NCBI GenBank assembly: GCA_036172245.1
Contig: JAYWIR010000038.1
Coordinates: 1,860,001-1,924,000, forward strand
Direction: 5' to 3'
Length of the DNA: 64,000 nt
Source: Raillietiella orientalis
Lineage: Eukaryota
Made by a program: the position numbers and the translations under genes
Part shown: positions 24,009 to 36,567 of the stretch, piece after piece
Position numbering within the stretch: the first letter of the stretch is position 1
Layout: each line of letters opens with the position of its first letter
Notes under the pieces: generated by a model
The model's input: the letters and a program-made list of their open reading frames with translations, nothing else
Database searches by the model: none
What the model was told of the DNA's origin: nothing

Positions 24009-27000
24009 TGGAGCTCCAGCAGCTGCCAGTTGGTCGCATGGCGCGGAGACTCTTTGGGGAGGAACGGACGTCGTTGTGCGTCGTTTTGGGTGAAGTCGCC
24101 GTTTCCTCGAGATGGGAGGTGTGCTGGAAGAAATCCGGAACTTCCCCCTGGAGCCATGACGTGTTGCAGGGAGGGAGGGTGCGTCTGGAAAGCTGGGAAG
24201 CGATCTCGAATACAGACCTGAATTTGTTTGCCGTGTCTGCGTTTGTTTTCGGACGATGTGCTTGTTATGGGAATGAGGAGGAGAGCTGGAAGGTTTCGAT
24301 GGTGGGGGGGGGGGGTGAATGGAGGGGATTACGTAGGTGTGAGGGGTGGACAGGTTGGTGTTTGGTCTTCGTCACGGGCGACGTACGCTTGTTTGGCAGG
24401 GAGAGATGTTTAGGGAAGGCCTGGTGTTCCGGTGCTGGCCCGTGAGCGTCCGGTGTTGGTGGTGTGCCAGATGGAGTCTCACAGCTGGTGATAGGTGTCT
24501 GTGTTGGTTGTTTTCGGTGTTCATGCAGTGTGGAATGGTTTGAAAGTGTTTGGGAGGAGGAGACGAGAGGAGGGCAAGATGAGTTGCTTGTAGCAGCACC
24601 ATGCGTGTGCTAGTGCTGCTGGTTTCTTGGTGTTTGGGATCGTTGGCTGGAGGGCAGAATGGTGCAGGTGCGTGGTTGCTTTCAGCGGAAGCAGTTGTGT
24701 CGTTGGTGGTTTGAGGACGTCGAGGTTGGGTGCTGCTGTTGTGGCTGATTCGTTCGGACGGAGGGTCGCGAGGACGAATTGGTGTGTGTGGAAGCACCCA
24801 GTGGTCAGGTGCCGCGAATGCATTCGTAATTCGTTGGGATGCGGAAGGTGCGGATGAGGTGGAGTTGGCAGAGATGGGACTGTTAGTGGCACTGCCGTGT
24901 TGTGGATAGGTGGATGAAGGGTGCGCATGTTGTTTTGTTTGCTTGCAGTGTTTCGGGGCTGGATGCAGGTGCATGGATGGGAGCGTTTTTCCTGTTTTCG
25001 GGAGGGTGGTGTACGTGGAGGTGTACGCAGGGGTGGTGCACGTTTCGTGTGCGACGTGTCCGTCCCGCTTGGGAAGCGGGCTGTGTGGATTGCGTGTTGA
25101 TGGAAATTCAGGTGGAAGGAATGGAGGGTGTTTCCGTTCGGGATGTTTTGTTTCGTTGGCGTGTGTGTTTGTGGAGCGTGCCAATATTCGGGAGGTTGGT
25201 GTGAAAGGGTGCAAGGGTTGAGAGGAACGGGAGAAGAATGGAAAGAAGAAGATGTGTGAGTGTGGTCTGCACGGGGTAGGACGCACTGTGTTGGACCCAG
25301 CGCGGAGGATGGGTGTAGGAATTGTGTTGGAATCGCTGGTGGATGAATGGGTTGCAGACAGCAGCACTCTTTGTGGAGGTCGTGCCGGAGTTTTTAGGGG
25401 AGGAAGGGGTGAATTGGTTTGGCTGGTGTAGGTCTTGCGTGTGTGGGGTGCTGTGTGTTTGGGATGCTGAGGTTTGGTGTTGCATTTGGAAGCGGTGGCG
25501 GAGGTACGGCGGGCTTCGTGGCTGATGACTGTCGCGGGAAGGTTTCTCAGAGAAGGGTTGTCGGGCGACGGTGGCGCGGCGGTGGGATTGAGCGCGATGT
25601 GTTCGGATGGTGGGAAAAGCTGAATCTGTTGTATGGAGTTGTTGTTTCAGTTTCGGAATACGGTCCACGGGTGGAGTGGGTTCGTCTCGGGAGGAGGTGT
25701 GCTGGGGTACTCCTGAAAGGAGGCCTCGCTGGCGTGGAGGTTACACGATCGTGAGAGGATGATGTCTTGGGATGGCGTGTTGGATCCGTGCATGGAGAGG
25801 AGAGTTTGAAGGATTTGTCGTCGTCGTCGCCGCGTTGGTCTCGCGCGTGGCTGCTGCTGCGTTTGCGTCTCGGGGCTGTCCCGGAAATGGTGTGTGTGTG
25901 GTTGGATGCTGTATGTGCGGTGATTGCTAGGTAACGGGTTGATGGGAGGCTGGTTGTACTGTGTGCATGTAGGGGGGGAGAGAACCCTGGGAAAGCTGGT
26001 TGATTTGGGTGACTCATCGGGATACGTGGAAGTGGGTCGTCATCGGGTGCTATCGGTAGGTTCAGTTTTTTTTGCTTATCCTTTTTTAGGAGGGAAAAGA
26101 TGTTCTGGCTCCCCTTGTACGTTTAGGGAAGTGTGTGTGGCTGTTGAGCGCGTGTGCTGGAAGGCGTGTTGCGGTGAAGGAATTCCGGTGTGGGCTGCAT
26201 GCGGTAGTGAAGCAGTGGTGAAGGAGCTGAGAATGTTAAGGAGAATGTGGAAGGAATGGGTGGTGGTGCGTGATTGGCGCTGATGTTGCGTCGTCTTAGT
26301 TGTGGCTGTGAGTGTTTGGTGGTTGTGCATCTCCAGGTGTGTGCATGTTTTGCCCGTTGGTGCGTGCGTTTTGCGGTTGTTGAATGTTTGGCGTTGTCGA
26401 GAATGGTGTGTTTCGTGTTTGTGTGTCGTTGTGAGTGTCTGCGGGAGATGTTTGGGCTGGGAGCGGTGTATGGTTGCAGTGTGGGAGTTGTGTTCATCTT
26501 GGTGATAAGGTGTAGGAGTTGCACTGATGACGGAAGTACGTTGACGTTGGTTTCGCCACGGATGTCTTTGAGGGTGTTTTGGAGTTGCGACGGTCCTTTT
26601 GAGAGTGGCACTGATGGTGTTGCGGCTTGCTGGTGTGGGAGGAGACGGTGGTGGCTGTTCGAAAGTGGATTGTATTGGGGTGTGACGGCGGTGGTTGATT
26701 GTGCTGTGAGGAAAAGGTGTGTGTTGTTGGTCGGGATGTGGATGGATGGTGGTGAGTGTGGTACACGTGTGGTGGTACGTTACTGGATATGTTGGATTTG
26801 TGAGCGGGCACGGTCGCGCGGTGTTTGGACGAAAGGGAAGGATTGAGTGTTTGACAGGCGAATTGAATGGAGTGGTGGCGGCTGTGTACAAAGGCGTACG
26901 GTTCGTTTGTGCGTGTGGTTTTCTGTGTTTATCCTTGGCGTGGGGCTGGAAGAGGGTTTGCGTGTTGAGGAAACGTGTGTGGTTGTGCTGGTGAGCTTTG

Positions 27001-28532
27001 AGAGTGAGACGGTGGATGTGGTGAAATGGAGTAGTGAGAGCAGTTCGTTGGTGCCCTACCGCTTCAGAAGAGGCTGTGGGGTGCCCTGTGGATGGGCGCA
27101 TCCCAATGTAGAATTCGGGGCCTCGTGGGAGAAGGGTGAAGTTCAATGATGTGAAATGTATGACAGTAACGTAACGTCCGAAGTTTCGATATATTATATT
27201 TGTGAAGGCTTGACAGGTTATTTGATGCAGTGACGTCACCGTATGTTGAGGAATGCGTCTTGTCCGATTAGTGAGTTTTTGAGGGTAGACGTGAGAGTTT
27301 TTTTTATGGTCGTGATATTTAGAGTTAGGTTGAAGGTTTGGGACTGCTGATACCTTCTATGTTTGTGGGATTTGAATTTTCAATAAGTGTGATGATGTGT
27401 GTTGTGTCTTGTGTTGAAGGAAGTTTCGCGGTGGCTTGTAAGAATTGGAAAGCAAGGAATGACCCGAAGGCATGTGTAAGATTGTGAGGCCATGGATGGT
27501 TTTGGAACTGTGTTTGGGTGGGTAAATTTCTCTTCGAAATCATGTGAATGAAATTATGGCGTGTGTTTTGAATTACCAATGGCAATGCTGATGTGTGCGA
27601 AGGGTATGTTGAGAAACCTTAACCCTGGTGTGTGTTTTTGGGATTGAAAATGAAGTGTTGTGAAGCGTTTGCTTTTCAGAAATGTCCCTGCCCCTTGAGG
27701 AAAATCGAGTTTTTCATTCAGTCAGTTCTGTAATTTAGTAGTTTATTATTCTCAACTGTCTGATTTTTTAAGGTCATAACGGTCGACTCTTCAAGATTCT
27801 AAAATACTGTATCATCTAACTGCTTCAGTGAGACTGACCAATGCTCCAGTGCTTTTCTTGAGTGATTGTCGCCATTACACATAATATAATTATTCTCTGC
27901 ATGTGAAATCTAAAGTTGCATCAGAGTTTTATATGATAACTGATTCGAGAAGGAAAATTTTGACTTATGTTTTAGAATACAACAGCCATGCGATTGTTTT
28001 GGGAACTCACATTTAGTCTTGGTTGGGGCTACAGTACATTTTTATAATGACACTACATTGATATCATGATTGTGTTACATCATCAGGCACAGAGATCCGA
28101 AAGAAGTTGGACATGGAAAACTGGACGTGCTAAATTGGGGGTTCTGTTTTTTGCATTTAATTAAAACTCACTAGATGAATATTTATTTACTGTTCATTAT
28201 TTCAAGAGGGACTTTAATATTTTTTTTTTCTTGCTGTGACTCTATTCAATTACCCTTTTTGTGTATCCTTAAATCTTTTGAAGTTGCTGGCGTTATCATT
28301 AATCATTTGATGCAACAAGATTTGTAACTACATAAATAATAACTCATCACCTCTGTCCACTTACAATAAAGTAGATAAAAAATGGTCACCCAATGCAAAA
28401 AATTGGTTGCAGATTTTTCGTTTCATCCATGCATAGGACATGGATTCTTATTTATCGGTTTCGTCTGGAAAACAAAAACAGAAAGGGATACGTTTCCCTC
28501 TTCGTGATACTTCCTTGAATTTTCAGACTTTC

Positions 28533-28731
28533 TCAAGTTCCATCGAAACATGCAATAGAACTGCATTTGGAGGAGGATGGAAGTAAAGACTCCGGGATAT
28601 CGACCTCCAGGATGTGCCATCTGCTAACGGGTTTCCTTGGAGACTTCAGCATATCCTTCCAGTGATCTCTTCCGGATCCACAGATATTTGAACCAATCAG
28701 TAAAAAGCCAACGTCACATTTGTTCCCATGT
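28533..28731 (-). CDS. Synaptotagmin-like gene, last exon (end of C2B)
   Basis: HGNKCDVGFLLIGSNICGSGRDHWKDMLKSPRKPVSRWHIL...DGT*: the canonical synaptotagmin HW..ML..PR.P...WH.L tail. Acceptor cttaag|A. Confidence 0.9.
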
Positions 28732-28774
28732 CTTAAGCACACTATGCGATCGTCCACCCGATTTGGTGTTTTAC

Positions 28775-28949
28775 CTGTTGCGTCCGCAGATCCTGACGAT
28801 GAGACTAACTTCGTGCATTTGATATGAAGAGACATCGAACGCCATATTATGATCAAAGACATTGTTCATGGAGTTCTTCCTTGTCACTGTCTTCTTCTTC
28901 TTCTTGACACACTTACGACCATTCATCAAGGATACCTTGATGCAAGGAT
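28775..28949 (-). CDS. Synaptotagmin-like gene, C2B exon (polybasic patch)
   Basis: DPCIKVSLMNGRKCVKKKKKTVTRKNSMNNVFDHNMAFDV; acceptor ttccttag, donor gtaaaa. Confidence 0.9.
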
Positions 28950-29002
28950 CTAAGGAAGAAAGACCCTGCCCAGTTCTGCGGGAGCCACCGTGCGACACGT
29001 AC

Positions 29003-29117
29003 CGTTCACTCCTGCTCGTTCCAGCCCGCGCACTTTCAGTAGGGTTAAGGTGATCCTACCGGCGGTAGGCAAATAGCAAAGAGAGCACAGCAACTGTATT
29101 TTCTCGTCATTTCCTAC
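29003..29117 (-). CDS. Synaptotagmin-like gene, start of C2B
   Basis: VGNDEKIQLLCSLCYLPTAGRITLTLLKVRGL (~SLCYLPTAGRLTV..KARNL); acceptor gttcaag, donor gtacgt. Confidence 0.9.
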
Positions 29118-29160
29118 CTTGAACAGACGTTAAGAAGAAGTAGAGCGCTACTTAGCAGAC

Positions 29161-29326
29161 CTTCCCGGGTGCTGAAAGCAGAAGAGTGAATAGCAGTTTT
29201 TGGCCAGAAAGTATGTCTCCGATGTCTCTGATTTCAGCCTCCCCTAAGAGCTCCTCATGTAGAAATTGTTCCACAGCGCAAATACAAAACCGGATGGATT
29301 TCCCGGAAATCTGATCAGCCTTCAAG
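29161..29326 (-). CDS. Synaptotagmin-like gene, end of C2A
   Basis: LKADQISGKSIRFCICAVEQFLHEELLGEAEI..; acceptor gctttag, donor gtctgc; phases match both neighbours. Confidence 0.85.
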
Positions 29327-30789
29327 CTAAAGCAAATATGAGAGACAAAGTGATCTTTGAGAGCATTTGCAAATATTTTTGCATGATGGTCTCGATTTCT
29401 TATCAGGGAACAACACAGCATTGAATACGCATGGAATGGAACACTTTTTCTAAAAAAAACAAAAATCTCGGGTAAAATCAGGCACGTGCGTGCAATCTTT
29501 TTGGAGGCAGCTGTGTTTTCAGCGGAACTCCGGACGTATCCTGGGGTAACGGTACGCGTATGTGGAAGATGCGTTTTCATTAGTATTTCAGCATCACGGC
29601 ATAAGCAAATTCGTAATTTTTACCAACTAGTGTTTTGGTGTGCACAAGTGTTTTGTGTTGTTGTGGTTATCCGCTAAATGCGGAAGCCATCAACGGTTAT
29701 CTCGAAAGCATCTGTAATTTCAAACGTTCCTTGCGCGATTTCGAGGCGCCACTGGCATCAGGGAGGAGGCTGCACTGCAGAAGGATATCGTTTTTCCATA
29801 TCAACGCTTCGGAGGAAGCACAATCATTGGACGGTCCAGAGAGCATCCCCCCCCCCCCAGATCGTTTGTGTCTATCTGCCGCGTTACTCCGTTCACGAGT
29901 CTTGGCACTTCTGAACTCGGCATCCGAGGAGCGCGAGATTCCTCCATTGATGCAGACAATAATTTGGGGATCACTTCCTCTTAGGTTTCCCGAGCTTTCT
30001 CACTTGAGGGACGGTTCCTCCTGCATGATTTCCGGGACTCAACCGCGAGGCAGGGCACTCTTAAGTTCCGTCGAAAGGACGGAAAGTGAGGAGCACTTCG
30101 GACCAGCCTTCTGCATCTGACGCTACGCCGTTTGGAAACTCTGCCCAGCCATGGTCTTTGAAGAAGGAAAGGCTTCTTCACCTCTCTTCGTGCACTTTGT
30201 TAAAGAGAGCTGTCCAACAGACATTCTCTCCAGGGAGGACAGATGCCTTCGGTGGTCCCCATTCTCCGGTGTTGGGAGTGCTGAACTTTCCCAGGAGCTG
30301 GTAGGTGCCTGCATTGTACGTTCGGGGATCAGCAACCCAAGGAACCTCTTTTTACAATGTCGGAGGCTGGACGCTCTGGGTTTCGGAATTCTCAGCATGG
30401 AGGTGTTTCTTCTGGAAGCGAAGTCTGCGCTGTTTCTACCACAGTGCTGTGCACAGGCGCGTCTATGCGCTGCTGTGAGTCGAACCGAATGCCGCCGCGA
30501 GCTCGCGCGGGATAAAAAAAAAGAAAAATCCCAGTTTTTCTGGTGGGAGCACAACAGAGTTCCCGACTGCATTGGCGGTGGTATTTGTCGCTGCTGTTGC
30601 TGCTTTGCTCCTTAAGAGCACAGCGAACTCTCGCGGATCGCGGTGTTTACTTTCTCTCGAAGAACTGGAAAACCTAAGATGTTGTTGTTGTGACTTCAAA
30701 CTCGGTTGACGGGTGTGCACATCAAATGACCCCCCCCCCGGTCCGCTCCATATCTGTTTCATCCGCTTACTGGCATTAAAGGGGGTTAC

Positions 30790-30941
30790 CTGAAGATGAA
30801 GTTCTCGTTGAAAGAGGAAGTTTCTCCAAGATTCCAGCATTTCGTCTGTACTTCCCTATTTATGTGAGGATGCAGTGATATCCTGACAAAGTAGGTGTTG
30901 GGTGCGTTGGCATCGTCCATTATGATTTTCAATCCAAGGAG
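30790..30941 (-). CDS. Synaptotagmin-like gene, middle of C2A
   Basis: LLGLKIIMDDANAPNTYFVRISLHPHINREVQTKCWNLGETSSFNENFIF (~YV...LLP....QTK......FNE.F.F); acceptor ttccgtag, donor gtaacc. Not in the supplied ORF track. Confidence 0.85.
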
Positions 30942-32139
30942 CTACGGAATCAAAGAACACAGCATGAGGCCGATGGTTAGGCTGCCAGCGCTTCCTGCAG
31001 AGAGTGCTACAAACAGAAGCGCATCGAAAAGAGCGTCCATCCTGTCACAGCCTCCGCCTCCTGATCTCCTACTGGGAATTTGTTTAGCATCGGTCGGTTT
31101 TTTGGGTAGCTCTTGTGGAAACAAAACAAAAACATAACGCGATAAGACAGGGAGGAGAGGTGTTTGCGGTGGTTTCGTCAGAACCGATTCCTCTTTCACT
31201 TTTGGTGAGATGGCAGGGGGAGGGAGGAGAGCTCTTCTCATACATGTCGAGTGCTTGTTTAAGAGCTCCGTAGTTCCGTCATAAGGAAACTCCTTGAAAG
31301 TGCAGCGTGTCAGCACACGCTGCTCGCCATCGTGCTATTCTGGTGCTGCTTTGGGCACATCCCGTGGGGAGCATCCTGCATGCTATTCGCCCGCCGCGGC
31401 TAGCAAAAGCGAATCTGCCGTGGCGAATTCATTTTTTAACAGTAGCAAAGTTTCCAGAAGAAGTGGACTTCGGTCACAAGACTGTGGCAGCGCGCGAGAG
31501 GAGGATTCTTTGTAAGGGCTGACGAAAACCAAATGGCGTCACTGATTTGGCAAGTTGCATCGGCTGGTATCGAAGGGCCTTTCAAAGTGGAACCCCAGGT
31601 TGTTTCTTGCAAAGTCATTTGAGAGACGATGGGAATTCCATGTTGAAAAATCATGAAACGCGTCGTCATTCACTTTCGCGGAGCGTAACAGAATGTCATG
31701 AATAATTCACCTTTGCGCTGCGTTTGTTTGGGTTGGAGGCTCAGACCGTAGTAATTCCTGGTGGCGTGTCTTCTAGTTGCCTGCTCCTCACGATTGTCCT
31801 TGCGTTCGTCGATGACGTACAACTTTTTTTTTTTTTTTTTCTGGCTCCCATGAAGATCCGCTGCACTCGTTGGCGGACGTTGTGGCCACGGAGTCCGCAT
31901 GAGGCACCTACCAGTCGGGGGTCGACTTGAGGATCGACGCCGATTCGGACGAGTCGTGAGTTTCCGGTATGCCCGCGAGATGCTGCTGGGGATGTCTCCC
32001 GGCTTCGAGTCGTGCATCGGTGGGAGGAGCTCATGACCTCCGCCCGATGCTCCGTTTGCCACTCGTGCGGGAGTGGACCCTTCGGTGATCTCTCCTCCCC
32101 AGCTTCGGGAGCACTTCCGCCGCGTGGCAGTGGAAAGAG

Positions 32140-32520
32140 CCTCGTGATCTCCGGTGTGGAGGCATTGTTCGAGCTACTTCGATACTCTATGGAGTGAAGC
32201 AACGGTTCTTGAGTACTCGGAGAACAACAACAAATTGCTTGAAAGTAGCAACCGATTTTATTACTGCTCTAATCAAGCATTTCCAGAAATCCTCCGCTAT
32301 GCAACGCCACTCTTTGACTTTCGAAACTTGAAGGACTTGAAATCCTCTAAAGCAGCTTTTCCGTATCTTAGTGCAAATGGTTGGATTCCTCAACTTCATT
32401 CCTTCAGTCGAATGAACGCCACCCATTTTGCACGAAGCACTTTTCCCATGTCTAATCTTCAACGGCAACTTTCGAATGGATCCACAGCTTCCGAGATTTT
32501 CGCGACTGTTTCATGTAAGA
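32140..32520 (+). mobile_element. piggyBac N-terminal transposase remnant (intronic)
   Basis: YFDTLWSEATVLEYSENNN (~YF.LFF..E.L..IV.ETN), KAAFPYLSANG (~KAF.G.LI.MG), FPMSNLQR (~MSR.RF). Confidence 0.35.
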
Positions 32521-35500
32521 TATAACAGTGGCATCCGAGTTAATTCGAGCTGCTCCTCCTAATGTGGTCCAGTCTTTCGTTCCATTACTCTTCCCAAAAA
32601 AGACGCGAAGAGACAAGGAGGCGTACCGTTAGGCGGTTTAGCCACACTCCTGCTGCAGGCCAGGAACCTCCCCGTTCGAACTGGCGTCCGAAGAGTGGTC
32701 ATATGTGCTCCTTTGATGGCAGTTCGATTGCACTCCATTCCCCTCGAAAGGCTGTGTAGGGGTTCAAGCCTCTGCACTTCAAGAGTCGCGCATGCACTCA
32801 TCCGTCTCTTCATCGTGGCAGCTTTTAGGCTGGCCAGTGCTTAGTCCCTTCAAGAGTGGGCGGATTCATTGCAACATTCTCACTTTGTGCGACAAACAAA
32901 CAAGCTCGAGCAACTTTTCGCGATCGAGGCCCGTAATTTCGCGGCCTTGGGCAGAACGAGTGGGAACACTGGTTCAGGGACACCGGTTCTCAGGTTCGGT
33001 CCAGTGGGAACGCCGGTTGTGCCCAAGACAGAACGTTTGTTCCAAAGGCTTTTTTTATTCCTCCTCCTCGGAGTGCTCAACGCTTTGAGGTTCTCGTTTG
33101 CCGTTGTCCACAGCTTCCCCTTTTCCTCTTTGAGGGTTCCAAAAGAATCGAAAGCTGCGGATCTCTCCGTATTGAATTTGGAAATCGTTTGCAGCTTCTT
33201 ACCGGAGAAAAAATTCACGGATCTTGTTCGACCTCCGCTGTCTTGTTCTCGTGCTCACTATGCGAATGCTTTATTAGAAATTTTTTTTTTCTAACAGTTC
33301 ATCTCTGTGATTCTTCGTTTCTTTCTTGTCTTTTGTTCTTCCTTTTTTCGGGCCAGTGTCCTCGTATTTCATCCGAGCACATTGGAAAGCACATGCGAAA
33401 CGTACAATCTGGTGATGAAGTTCTTCTCCGGCTTCGAAGTCATGATGAAGATGTCTTTTCCGTTCACGCCTTTCGTCTTCAGATGGGAGGAACGCTCTCC
33501 ATGGCTGGGAATGGCTCCGGGCATTTTAACTTTCTGATTCAAACAGATCCGTACGGTCGCGAGCATCCAAATACAAATATATATATTTATAATGATTCGA
33601 GACTGTTTGATTATTGAGGCTTCAGAGATTTTCAGTATTGGTGGCTCCCCTGAGTTTACCGCAACGAATGCTTTTTCTGGAAGCCTCTGGTGGCTGTCAA
33701 CCCAGCGGTTCTTTGCTGGCCTGGAAGTAGGGTGCTCTCAATAAAGACAGCAGTCCCCGCAGCCAAGGGTGCGGTGTGACACCACGTCACGAGACAGAGA
33801 AAGAACCAACGTAACCGGAATAGCTGTGATCGGGGAAAGAGAAGAGCACTGGTCTCTTCATCTGCCATTCTTTGAACGAGCAGCGATTCGGAATATTCGG
33901 TCACAAGAAGTGAACGAAGAGCAGCGGCACTTCGGGGATGTGTAATTCCATGCCAGCAATTGCACACTTGATAAAGCACCCCAAAGGACGGAGGAATCAT
34001 TCAGAATGGCGGCTACTGGAAGTGAAGTCCACTGTGAATGAATGAAGGGGGTGAAGAATCATGAATGACAGGAGGAAGGAGACGAGCAAACAGAAGAGTG
34101 GTTCCCATTGAAGCTCACTGAAAGACGCTCAAAACACGACTCACGGACTTTACTGTTTCCTGCGGAGTGCAATGCTAATGGCGTGAGGGGCACAAGCAGC
34201 AGACGCTTTGCTGTTCCCAAACTACACTGCAGGGAGAGAAGGCATGCTTGAGATCTGCTCTGCAAGCGCGGAGGAGGAAAGGTTAGAGGACTTCTAGAGG
34301 TAAAAACGTTCCCTCTGCTGGTAAACGCAGCCGAAGAGAGAGGATATTTTTTCCTTCCACTGGCGGCTTAGTGGTCCGTGCCCTCCGGACTGGTTCCTCC
34401 AGCTTCTCCTACCCGATCTTCGCTAGTTCTGCTTGGTATCATTTGCATCTGCCCTGCTACGGCACGACGGATGCTGTCGACAGCTTCCATCTCTCAGGTT
34501 CGGAAAAACAGTGGACATGAGAACCGTGCACGGGAAGTTTCGCACATCTTTCTTCTTGAGAAACAAATCACTCCATCTGTGGTCTTTTCTTCTCTTTTCG
34601 GAGGTAGAGACTTGATGCCGGCCACACACTGCCCTCGCACAGGTTTTCCTGCCACTCGAAACGCTCTCCGTTCCATCCGAAGTGCAGATGCTCAAGGTCA
34701 CTTGATTTCTTTGTGAATTGCTCTCCCTTTGCTTCTTGCTTCTCTTCTTCTCTTTAGTACAGAACCGCTGCTCAATGCAAATCTGTTCTTGAAGCACCTT
34801 CCATGACATCAGCATGCAGCATCCAACTGGAGCATTCCCTCCGCATCGCTTAACTTTGGAACAGGGACACCTGTTTTCTCACAGATGAGATCTTTACAGC
34901 CGTCTCTCGGAAAAAGAATCTTTTTCTGGAATCCAGGATTGATCTGTTCCCGAAAAGAGCTTTCCTCTCTTATCAGGGCCGCGAAGTTCCGTTTGATGAA
35001 GCCCTACACCGCTGAAGGTGACTTTTAGGAAGCAAGAAAGCAAGGTGCAAGCCACCTCCAGCTGGTACTGTAGCAACGAGGTGTAATGCAGTGGTTGAAC
35101 CTGTCTCCCATCTGTCATTTTAACCTTTATCCGCTTTTTCTCTGGTGGATAAGTCTCACTGTGAGGTTCGGAGTCCAGAGAAACTGTGGTAGACCACCAT
35201 TCCTGCATTGAAACCAAGCAGGGAGCTCTGGGGAGTATTCTGAAACCACTGAGGGTGGTGTTTTCAGTGATGGAGAATGTTGCCTTATCTTGCCGCATGT
35301 ATTAGATATCTTGGAATCTGAGCTCCAGAGACATTTAGGTTTCCACCTCCTTGATTCGGAATCTGGGAGAAGCAGGAGCAGACAGCTAAAGGTAGCGACA
35401 GCCTCCGGACATCGTAGAGAGAAGAGAGAGTACGCACGATATTCCTCTTCTCGTGACAAGCGTGAATCGGGCATGGAGGAGGGACGAGGAGAGGGACTTC

Positions 35501-36432
35501 CGGTCTATTAGCAAGACGGAGATCAGATCTTTTTGTCTCGGGGAAGTCTACTTCCAGCACTCGCCTCTAGATGGTGCTCCGGATCTGCTCACGTTACCTA
35601 CGAGTCTGTGTCCTCTTTCAAGGCGAAATCGAATGTGAAGACCATGGGAGACATTGAACAGCTTAAGAAGACTCTTCGAAGCTCTTCTTCATGATGGATC
35701 CCTTATCTCTCGGCTGTTGGCAAAAACGGACCCAAACGGTCCGCCAAATCCGGCTGTAAGGACCGAGAAGTATAGAACGCCCTCTTTTGCAACCCTGTGC
35801 GAATCGTGAAGCCCCGAGCTCGGCTCCATCTCTTGGTCGCTATCCTTACTGGCACAGGCTGCCCCCCCCCTGTCGGAAGGACGGAGGATTGGCGCAGGCC
35901 AAGAGGGAGGGAGGGGGGACGTCTCAGCAATCTCCCGCCCGGATGTCTGCTGCTTCTGAGGCAGTTCGTCCAGGTTACTCCGCGCTCGCCTCGCTGACCG
36001 TCCGAGATATTAGCGGTGCCTCCGCTTCCCAGGGTGACTCCTGCTCTTTCTCTGGGCGTGTTTCGGGGAGTGCCTCTTCTCGTGAGGCTTCTGGGACACC
36101 AGAGGGCCTCCCACACGGCCGCCAACGTCGCAGATCCAGGCAGGGCGCGGGTCTATCGCGCGCTCCCGGACCGATCGTCTGCGGCCTTCCCGAAGATTAT
36201 GATCTCCCTCCTGGAACCACCACCGCCTGCTTCCATCTCCCCCCGTTCCCTTCACGTCTGCCGCTGCGGCCTCTGACGAGCAGTGGGGCCTCCCAGAACA
36301 CCCTCTCCCGGCGACGGAAGGTGCTCCCTTGAGGCCGAGGAGGAGCGGCACGGGACGAGCTGGCGGGAGAGGGAGGGATTGCTGCGGGAGCGCGGGGACG
36401 GGGAGCCCTTCCCCTGTCCGTGGTGCGATCAC

Positions 36433-36567
36433 CTTCACAATGAGACTCTCCGCCACCGGGTCGAACTGGAGCTCCACTGAGAGCGTCCCCACCTTCCGCC
36501 TCTCCGCAGTCGCCTCCTCGGCGTCGTCGGCCTTCGTGGAGGCGGCGGAGGGTGCGTACAGTTTGGG
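36433..36567 (-). CDS. Synaptotagmin-like gene, linker and start of C2A
   Basis: PKLYAPS..RRKVGTLSVELQFDPVAESLIVK; acceptor gtgtttcag, donor gtgatc; 135 nt, phase 0-0. Confidence 0.85.

Larger units (their letters stand above)
22212..27096. repeat. Segmental duplication, copy B (true left end undeterminable from this window)
   Basis: Direct near-identical match to 1-4884 at offset 22211/22212. Confidence 0.97.

Noticed and set aside
27619..29048. TTAACCCT ... AGGGTTAA pair suggesting a 1.4-kb piggyBac element
   Set aside because: The right-hand motif lies inside a synaptotagmin C2B exon (ITLTLL codons), and the match does not extend inward beyond CCCT.
30942..31140. LLFVALSAGSAGSLTIGL peptide resembling a C2B start
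   Set aside because: It lies in the intron just upstream of the true acceptor at 30942/30941; the real C2B start is at 29003-29117.
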